Origin: Candidatus Latescibacterota bacterium
Lineage (GTDB): Bacteria > Latescibacterota > UBA2968
Direction of reading: 5' to 3'
NCBI GenBank assembly: GCA_038279365.1
Contig: JAYODI010000065.1
Coordinates: forward strand, 1 to 34,953
Length of the DNA: 34,953 nucleotides
Both the position numbers and the translations under genes were made by a program. This document shows positions 28,388 through 34,953 of the stretch, piece after piece. How positions within the stretch are numbered: the first letter of the stretch is position 1; each line of letters begins with the position of its first letter. The notes beneath the pieces were generated by a model that searched no databases, was not told where the DNA came from, and worked only from the letters and a program-made list of their open reading frames with translations.

Positions 28388-28470
28388 TCAAGTCACAGGT
28401 CGGCAAGTCGCAAGTCAAAAAAGCAGTGTATTGATTTTCGACCTGTGACCTGTAGACCTGTGACCTGCGC
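28388..28470. repeat. Inverted array of degenerate heptamers (CA[A/G]GTCN / GACCTGT) between antitoxin and toxin
   Basis: caagtca caggtcg gcaagtc gcaagtc ... gacctgt gacctgta gacctgt gacctgc; the two arms are approximately complementary. Confidence 0.7.
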
Positions 28471-28472
28471 TT

Positions 28473-28880
28473 ATGACTTCTCTTTTTATCGACACAGGTG
28501 CATGGTATGCGTTGTTTAATCAACGCGATATGCATCACCAACGTGCGCGTGCCTTTTTTGAGGGCCTCAAAAACCAGCGTATTCGTTTGTTTACATCAGA
28601 TTATATTTTTGATGAGACGCTCACGCTTTTGCGCTATCATGCAGGGTATCAGATGGCACGCCAGTTTGGTGAACATTTTAGAAGAAGCAAGGTTATTTGT
28701 GAAGGTGTTACGCCCGAAGTAAGAGAAAGTGCGTGGCAGATTTTTTGTGATTATGAAGATCAAGCCTTTTCGTTTACAGATTGCACGTCATTTGCCTTGA
28801 TGAGAATGAAAAATATTCAAGATGTATTTGCGTTTGATGCCCATTTTCAAATTTGTGGTTTTACTGTTCATCCTTTTTAA
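28473..28880 (+). CDS. vapC: PIN-domain (VapC family) toxin
   Basis: FIDTGAW, DET, SFTDCTSF and FAFD.HF acidic PIN motifs. Confidence 0.9.
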   Translation: MTSLFIDTGAWYALFNQRDMHHQRARAFFEGLKNQRIRLFTSDYIFDETLTLLRYHAGYQMARQFGEHFRRSKVICEGVTPEVRESAWQIFCDYEDQAFSFTDCTSFALMRMKNIQDVFAFDAHFQICGFTVHPF

Positions 28881-29327
28881 ATTTGTGATTTTATCGAATT
28901 GTTCAATCTTACACTCGAAAACGTGCGTGTCATACACCACAGTGGTGGTCAGCCTGCGGTGCATATTGACAATTGTAGCAATGTTTTCACGCGCGACTTC
29001 ATCATCACTGGCAAAGGTAATAACAGTGCCGTTCTCATTGAAAATACAGGCGACATTGTTATTGATGGTCTCACACTAAACAAAGGCACAGAAAGTTTTG
29101 CCAATGGCCTTACCTATCTTATCAGCAAAGACATTGCACTCACCAATTTGCGCATTCAAAATGTGGCAGCACCCAATGCACAAAATGCCGGTGTTGTCCT
29201 TAACAACACGAGTCAGTCTGGCACACTGTCGGGTTACACGATAACGGGCAACACGGCCACGGTTAGCGACAATATCAAAGGCAAGCATGCTGGCATCTCG
29301 GGAAACTTTACAATAGCGCCAAATTGA
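28881..29327 (+). pseudogene. Probable C-terminal fragment of a right-handed beta-helix (pectin-lyase-like) protein
   Basis: Repeating I/V-x-I-x-N pattern; no RBS or ATG. The frame opens right after the vapC stop and codon usage differs from neighbouring + strand genes. Confidence 0.5.
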
Positions 29328-29491
29328 TGCGATCTTTTAAATGAAAACCAAAAACCAATCGGGTTTTAAAGATCCAGCCCAAGACGTGGGTTTTCAATGA
29401 GTGGGTAGAATAATTAGAACCTGCCAACAACAGCATATATCAGAGAATTTAGCGGACCGTCACTTTTATGAAGTAATGGTTAAAACGCATA

Positions 29492-29527
29492 ACGCCCCGA
29501 TTCTACAAAGAATCGGGGCGTGTTTTT
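29492..29527. terminator. Probable terminator hairpin downstream of the ECF fusion gene
   Basis: ACGCCCCGATTCT-acaa-AGAATCGGGGCGT perfect 13-bp stem between convergent regions. Confidence 0.75.
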
Positions 29528-29547
29528 GTGTGGTTTGTTCTGAACGC

Positions 29548-30813
29548 TTAAAACATCGCCCGCAGTTTTTGTTCGATGATATGTGGGTTTTCTCCAAGCT
29601 GTGTTGCCTGAATGCTTGTGCTGATGATGTCGAGTTTGCTTTCATATTGGCGCAATAATACTTTTTTTCGTGACGTTGTGATTTCTTGTACCAACTGCGG
29701 TGCCACGCCGTCGATGATTAATTGGAGGTTTAAGGATAAAAAGCCGTCTGGATCGGTTGCATCTTTTACGACATTTTGCAGGGCGAGAATGCCTTCGGTG
29801 CGTGCCACATTTGCCAAGTTGACGAGTGTGGTTGTTAAGGCTTCGAAATCTAAATGGGATGGCGGGATGGTTTTGAGTTGTTTTTGTAAGTCATTTTTCA
29901 TTTTTAAATACGCTTTGCTGAGTGGTTTTTGTGGTGGTTTTTCTTTGGGTGGCGGCCACACAATGTCGCCTCTTGCTATGAGGGCTTGAACAATTTCGAT
30001 GACGGTGGTTTGATTTTGCGCGATGAGACTGTCTGAGATGGGCATTTGTGAGTCAATATAGTCGTCTATGATTTTTCCGACACGTGCTGATACATTGGCA
30101 TAAATACGTTTTTTAAAAGCCTCACTGGCATTGACCATGGCCAGAGCCAAATCTTTGGTGTTTACTTGCCGAAGCATACGTTGAATTTCTTGATCGGTAA
30201 GTTGTGTGATGTCTTCGAGCTCTTGAATCACTTTGACTTGAAAATCGGGGTCGTTTGATGGACGTTCGTTTTGCAAATTCTTTTTGACCATTTTGATCAT
30301 CCTTTGTTGGAGGCGTTTGCGTGCACTGTGCAAGCGACTTTTGACAGTTTGCGTGGGTATGTTTAAAAAAGCACTGATTTCTTTTTGACTGTGTTCATCT
30401 ATGTAATACAAGGTGACCACTTCGCGTTCTGCTTCTGGTAAATTTTGAATGGCATGATGGACGCGAACTTTGGTTTCTTGTTCTTCAAGTTGGCTGTGTG
30501 GATCTGGTTCGGATGAAGGATGGTCGCGATCTAAATCCACAGTGAGCCACCTTTTTTTGCGTGTGAGGCGGTTACAACGCATAAAAACAATGCGCCGAAA
30601 CCACCCTGCAAAAGCAGCAGGTTCACGCAGTTGATCCAATTCTAAATAGGCACGCACAAAGGCTTCTTGAGCCACATCTTCGGCCAAATGGAAATCGCCC
30701 ACTATGGAATAGGCATATCCCACCGCCATATTTTGAAACCGATGTACCAAGCCCGTGTATGCATCTAAGTCTCGGTTTTGTGCCCGTATAACAAGAGATT
30801 GCAACGTGTCCAC
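29548..30813 (-). CDS. ECF sigma factor fused to a FliG C-terminal-like domain and a soluble MotA-like cytoplasmic domain
   Basis: aa 1-170: sigma2/sigma4 (AEDVAQEAF, WFRRI, TVKSRLHSARKRL). aa ~199-286: LEDITQLTDQEIQRMLRQV..DLALAM..AS..NVSAR..RGDIV. aa ~322-421: LANVARTEGILAL..FL..LQLIIDG..P and QLGENPHIIEQKL. GTG start with GGAG RBS. Confidence 0.85.
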   Translation of the reverse strand: MDTLQSLVIRAQNRDLDAYTGLVHRFQNMAVGYAYSIVGDFHLAEDVAQEAFVRAYLELDQLREPAAFAGWFRRIVFMRCNRLTRKKRWLTVDLDRDHPSSEPDPHSQLEEQETKVRVHHAIQNLPEAEREVVTLYYIDEHSQKEISAFLNIPTQTVKSRLHSARKRLQQRMIKMVKKNLQNERPSNDPDFQVKVIQELEDITQLTDQEIQRMLRQVNTKDLALAMVNASEAFKKRIYANVSARVGKIIDDYIDSQMPISDSLIAQNQTTVIEIVQALIARGDIVWPPPKEKPPQKPLSKAYLKMKNDLQKQLKTIPPSHLDFEALTTTLVNLANVARTEGILALQNVVKDATDPDGFLSLNLQLIIDGVAPQLVQEITTSRKKVLLRQYESKLDIISTSIQATQLGENPHIIEQKLRAMF

Positions 30814-31036
30814 AAAAACTCCAGAACAGGTTTAAGAAGGCCTTCTGTTTTAAAGCACCACCTAAAGAATGATTGGTTGATCAAAAGAAGTATTTTTTTG
30901 AAATTTCTATGGGTAATTTCGTTTGCTTATCATTAAAAGTTACATAAATTTATGGTAGTCGTATTCCAGTGAAAACATGACTGGTTGTCAATACGCGTTG
31001 TTTTGTATCTGAAATTGACAATGCAAAGAGGTTCAG

Positions 31037-31252
31037 ATGAAAGCATATCGAATAGAAAAAAAAATGACTGCGAATGGTGTATTGTCATTACAGGGTTTGC
31101 CTTTTGAAGAAGGCGATGATATTGAAGTTATTATTTTATCTGGCAAGGAAAAGAAACATACAATTTCTCAATCTATTGTAAAAGGCAAAGTGATCGAATA
31201 TAAAGACCCGACTGAACCAGTCGGACAAGATGATTGGGAAACGATTAAGTGA
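31037..31252 (+). CDS. Putative antitoxin
   Basis: 71 aa with G.L.L..LPF..GD.IEVII and acidic DPTEPV..DDW tail; AGAGG RBS; GTGA overlap with the PIN gene. Confidence 0.7.
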   Translation: MKAYRIEKKMTANGVLSLQGLPFEEGDDIEVIILSGKEKKHTISQSIVKGKVIEYKDPTEPVGQDDWETIK

Positions 31253-31638
31253 TTTTATTGGATACACATATTTGGATTTGGTTGGCGAATGAGCAGGAAG
31301 AATTAAGTGCGTATCATGCTCAGATTATTGCAGACCACAGATCGGACGGTTTGGGTATATCTGCGATATCGTGTTGGGAGGTTGCCAAATTGGTTGAATA
31401 TGGTCGGCTAAATTTGGCTTGTGATCTTGAGACGTGGATGGAGGCAGCACTTGATTTGCCCGGTATTCAAGTGATTGAGTTGACACCTACAGTTGCAATC
31501 GAATGAACAAAATTACCAGGTGCATTTCATCGAGATCCAGCAGATCAGATTATTGTGGCAACTGCCAGAACGTATCGACTTGACTTGTTAACCGTGGATG
31601 ATAAAATTTTGAAATATGAGCATGTTCATACGTTATAA
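31249..31638 (+). pseudogene. vapC: VapC/PIN toxin interrupted by an in-frame TGA
   Basis: ILLDTHIWIW..ISCWEV..AIE-TGA(31504-31506)-TKLPGAFHRDPADQIIVATAR..LLTVD, ending at TAA 31636-31638. Confidence 0.88.
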
Positions 31639-31654
31639 TTTGGGTAACCAACGC

Positions 31655-31689
31655 AAAAGAGCCAGTGAATATTCACTGGCTCTTTTTTT
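31655..31689. terminator. Bidirectional intrinsic terminator
   Basis: AAAAGAGCCAGTGAATATTCACTGGCTCTTTT perfect palindrome between convergent genes. Confidence 0.88.
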
Positions 31690-31705
31690 GTCTTATTTCC
31701 TCGGC

Positions 31706-32659
31706 TTATGCACCAAACCCTTCAACGGAATTGGCAATTTCAAGCGCTCGGGCGCGTTCTTCTGATGTAAGAGAAGGCACACTCATGGCGCCTGCATTTT
31801 CCTCAAGCTGTTTGCGGCTTTTGGCCCCTGGTATCACGGCTGTCACACCTTCTGTATCTAAAATAAAGCGCAACGCTGCCTGAACCATTGTGCGGTTGGT
31901 GCCTTCTGTAAGAAACCTGAGTTCGCTGAGTTTTTGAAATGTGCGCACGGCTTTGTCTGAAGTAAAACGCCCCTGTCGCCGATCTTTTTCATCCAGTTCT
32001 GGGCGAATATTAAAATACTTTCCCGAAAGTGCACCGCTGTCTAATGGGCCACGAATGAAGGTGCCCAAGTTTTCTTGTTTGGCCAGTTGGAGTGCGGCTT
32101 CACCACTGTGGTCTCTGATGTTAAAGCGGGCTTGTACGGTGGCCAAGTCGCCCAATGCGAGCAATTTTTGAATGGCATTGGCATCGTCTGTTGAAATACC
32201 AAACCAACGAATTTTGCCTTGCTTTTTCAACTCAGCAAGCGTGTCCATCACTACAGGCATAGTCGATTCTTCTGGAATGGCGTGTAGTTGATACACATCA
32301 ATGCGATCTGTTTGCAAACGTTTCAGGCTGCCCTCACAGGCTTCTATGATACGCTGTTTGGCTTTTTTTTCATTGGGGTCGTCGGTAATGGGGCGCACTT
32401 TGGTGGCTATCACAAAATGATCACGCACGCCTTGTGTGGCTTTGCCAATGAGTTCTTCGCTGTGTCCTTTGCCATATCCTTCGGCGGTGTCGAGCAAGTT
32501 GATGCCTATTTCTTTGGCCAAGTGAATGGTGGCAATGGATTCGGCGTCGGTGGTGCCTGTCCACCCCGAGTCACTGCCTGCCAATCCACCCATTTGCCAA
32601 CAACCAACACCTACGGTTGAGACTTCTAACCCTGTTTTTCCTAAAATGCGATATTCCAT
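31706..32659 (-). CDS. Aldo/keto reductase
   Basis: MEYRILGKTGLEVS, DTAEGY, ATK, SLKRLQTDRIDVYQLH and IPGAK..QLEEN. Start at 32659 behind AGGAG. Confidence 0.93.
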   Translation of the reverse strand: MEYRILGKTGLEVSTVGVGCWQMGGLAGSDSGWTGTTDAESIATIHLAKEIGINLLDTAEGYGKGHSEELIGKATQGVRDHFVIATKVRPITDDPNEKKAKQRIIEACEGSLKRLQTDRIDVYQLHAIPEESTMPVVMDTLAELKKQGKIRWFGISTDDANAIQKLLALGDLATVQARFNIRDHSGEAALQLAKQENLGTFIRGPLDSGALSGKYFNIRPELDEKDRRQGRFTSDKAVRTFQKLSELRFLTEGTNRTMVQAALRFILDTEGVTAVIPGAKSRKQLEENAGAMSVPSLTSEERARALEIANSVEGFGA

Positions 32660-32786
32660 TTTTAACTCCTTGGTGGCGTTTTCATGTATTTGAATGGTTG
32701 TGCTTTTTTGACGAGGAGTCAGAAACGCAAAAGATATCCTATTTGGGTTTGACACAGGTGTGAGGTGTGTGCAACCCAGTGTTTGA

Positions 32787-34178
32787 TCATTCGTTTTTCC
32801 AAATAGTGCCAATGGCGTCTAATTTGTCATCACTCAAATAACCGTAACGGTTAATCCACACACCGTGTGCATCGCTGTCTGCAACCAGTTGAAAGCGTCT
32901 TGTGAAATCTTTTATGGGTCCATAGCCGTGCATTAAAGCGGTGATTTGAGAGCGATCTCGTACTTCGTTTATGACTTGTTGAATTTTTCGGACTTGGGGT
33001 TCATTGGGAATGGGGTGTGCTTCATGTGGTTCTGGGTAGCCGTAATCGGACAATTTTGTGGCGGTGATGTCGTCACTCAGATCAAAGAGGTTTGCCAACG
33101 CGCGGGTGACGAGGGTTTCATCTAAACCGGCGTTGTGTTCAAGAAGCACAGAGCCCCAAAATTCGATCATGGCAGACCAGTGCATGGTGTAGAGCTTGGG
33201 TGAAATGGCATTGCAATGTTTGGATGCACCTGAAAAATCAAAACCTGTAAAGAGGGTAAGCGGTACCATAAAGGCATTGGCCGAGAGTTCTTTTTCGGGG
33301 CCACCAGCATCTGTAATGGCTTCGCGCCAGTCGCGCAATAAGTCGGTGCTGAGTGCGGCTTTGAGACGCAACCATTCGAGAATGGCAGGGTATTGTCGCA
33401 AAAGACGCATTTGGGATAATTTGCCTCGGTCGATGTCTGCCCAATCGGCAAGGTCGGTGTTGGTGAGGCTTCCGTGAAGGTAGTTGTAAAAGGCTCCGAC
33501 TTCTTTTTTGATGGCTTGAAAGGCAAACCCCCGCGATTCTGCCCAGGGTTTGATGTGCATGCCAAAGTCTTGAAAGGCTTCGTCGAGTTTGTAACATGGG
33601 TATTCGGGCCAGTCGGGGCGAAAGCCTGTGACGTTGGGATATTTGGCAAGTAAGTCACGCACAAAGGCACGGTTGTAACTGCGAATAGCTGGGCTTGCCA
33701 AACTGCCGGTATTGGCCATACGGTTTTTTGGTATTTCGCCGTTGGGCAAGCGCGGTGTGTCGTCGGTCATCAGGTTTGAGGGAGTGGCCGCGTTGACTTG
33801 AAGATAGACTTTAAGGCCCCTCTCCAAGGCGGCTTTGATAAAGTCGTCTATGATATGGCCATGTGTAATGGTGAGCTCATTGGCTTTTCTTGGGCTGTAA
33901 GAAGTGTCGCGATACAATCGTTCATTGGGGTGATAACTGGGCGCACTTTTGACCCAAAGTGATTTTTTGCCAAATAATGGGCGGTCAAAAATGCGTGGGC
34001 TGCTGCCTGCGTCGGATGGGGGTTGAAAACTGCCCTGTCCTTCGGGTGCTTCGGTGGTGACTGTGGGATTGGTGGCCACAGCGGTTGCCCCTACTTTTTC
34101 GAGGTTGTTGAGAATGGTGTCTATGCCTTCGCTAATAACAAAGTCTGCCAATACGGTAATGCCTAAAAAGCGGCTCAT
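32787..34178 (-). CDS. Hypothetical protein, possibly glycoside-hydrolase-like TIM barrel
   Basis: 463 aa ORF with AGGAGG RBS; A.ERGLKVY and YP.VTGFRPDWPEY segments are reminiscent of GH-type barrels. Confidence 0.6.
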   Translation of the reverse strand: MSRFLGITVLADFVISEGIDTILNNLEKVGATAVATNPTVTTEAPEGQGSFQPPSDAGSSPRIFDRPLFGKKSLWVKSAPSYHPNERLYRDTSYSPRKANELTITHGHIIDDFIKAALERGLKVYLQVNAATPSNLMTDDTPRLPNGEIPKNRMANTGSLASPAIRSYNRAFVRDLLAKYPNVTGFRPDWPEYPCYKLDEAFQDFGMHIKPWAESRGFAFQAIKKEVGAFYNYLHGSLTNTDLADWADIDRGKLSQMRLLRQYPAILEWLRLKAALSTDLLRDWREAITDAGGPEKELSANAFMVPLTLFTGFDFSGASKHCNAISPKLYTMHWSAMIEFWGSVLLEHNAGLDETLVTRALANLFDLSDDITATKLSDYGYPEPHEAHPIPNEPQVRKIQQVINEVRDRSQITALMHGYGPIKDFTRRFQLVADSDAHGVWINRYGYLSDDKLDAIGTIWKNE

Positions 34179-34339
34179 GGCCCCTCCTTGAAATACAAAG
34201 AATATTCATAATAGATATGATGCGTCAAGATACATGGAAAACGTGTGTTGCCAAAGTCAAAGATGTGGTGGTCTAAATTGTGCTTGAAAAACATGTTGTC
34301 GCACGATAGTTTAGGGTTTGTATCTTGAAAGGAGAAGAT

Positions 34340-34858
34340 ATGCAAACGATTCGTGATGTAGAAACGACGACCTATTATTTAAAAGATGATGGGGTGATTC
34401 CCAACAGTCCTAATCCTTTGCTGGTTTATCCGGGAGCGATTGATGTTGACCGCAATGGTGCGGTGACGATAGAAAGGATCTTTGCGGCCAATACATGGGA
34501 TCGATCTTGGCGCAATGGAATCTATTCGTTTCATCATTATCACAGTACGGCTCATGAGGTGTTGGGTATTGCTAAGGGCTATGCCAAGGTGCAGATGGGT
34601 GGGCCACATGGGGTGACGTTTTCGATTCAAGCAGGTGATGTAATGGTGATTCCTGCGGGTGTGGGGCATAAAAATTTGGGTGCGAGTGCCGATTTGTTGG
34701 TCATTGGCGCTTATCCCCCCGGGCCGAGTTGGGATTTGTGTCGAGAAAGCGATTCGGAACACCGTCAGGCGCTGGTGAATATTCCCCAAGTACCTAATCC
34801 ATCTGCTGACCCAGTTTATGGTGTTGATGGACCGTTGATGAATTTGTGGGGGAAGTAG
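34340..34858 (+). CDS. Cupin-domain protein (YjlB-like)
   Basis: HHYHSTAHEVLG and AGDV.VIPAGVGH cupin motifs; AAAGGAG RBS before ATG 34340. Confidence 0.88.
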   Translation: MQTIRDVETTTYYLKDDGVIPNSPNPLLVYPGAIDVDRNGAVTIERIFAANTWDRSWRNGIYSFHHYHSTAHEVLGIAKGYAKVQMGGPHGVTFSIQAGDVMVIPAGVGHKNLGASADLLVIGAYPPGPSWDLCRESDSEHRQALVNIPQVPNPSADPVYGVDGPLMNLWGK

Positions 34859-34859
34859 A

Positions 34860-34953
34860 AAACGGCAAACGGCAAACGGCAAATGGCAAACGGCAAACGG
34901 CAAATGGCAAACGGCAAACGGCAAACGGCAAACGGCAAACGGCAAACGGCAAA
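34860..34953. repeat. Tandem heptamer array (AAA[C/T]GGC) x13, running off the window end
   Basis: Eleven AAACGGC and two AAATGGC units plus a partial unit, directly after the cupin stop. Confidence 0.97.

Noticed and set aside
31504-31560. Selenocysteine or alternative-code reading of the vapC TGA
   Set aside because: The position is not a catalytic Cys, no clear SECIS hairpin follows, and TGA is a normal stop for many genes in this window.
34379-34945. Minus-strand ORF starting MPFAVCRLPFAVCHL
   Set aside because: It is a translation of the heptamer array running antisense to the cupin gene.
34860-34953. Possible CRISPR array
   Set aside because: Units are 7 nt with no spacers, and no cas genes are present.

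Overview
A bacterial chromosomal window whose + strand looks strongly G/T-skewed. It begins inside a radical SAM/SPASM operon: an intact peptide-maturase-type enzyme, a paralogue that has lost its CxxxCxxC motif, and a GT4 glycosyltransferase. A nitrilase-family gene follows, then a flagellar export/regulation cluster (fliO-fliP-fliQ-fliR-flhB-flhA-flhF-flhG-fliA, HDOD protein, sensor-less histidine kinase, small membrane protein, lipoprotein, FliK-like protein) behind a candidate sigma-54 promoter. The middle carries an XylD-like sugar-acid dehydratase, two PhyH-family Fe/2OG enzymes, a GT4, a small unannotated ORF, an APH-like kinase, a large PHP-type metallohydrolase and a lipoprotein. The most striking feature is an ECF sigma factor fused to a FliG C-terminal (rotor) domain and a membrane-free MotA-like cytoplasmic (stator) domain. 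It lies between two VapBC-type toxin-antitoxin loci, one with a nonsense-interrupted toxin. An aldo/keto reductase, a hypothetical protein, a cupin and a tandem AAACGGC heptamer array end the window, and the same heptamer recurs after several flagellar stop codons. All calls come from reading motifs by eye; no database searches were run.
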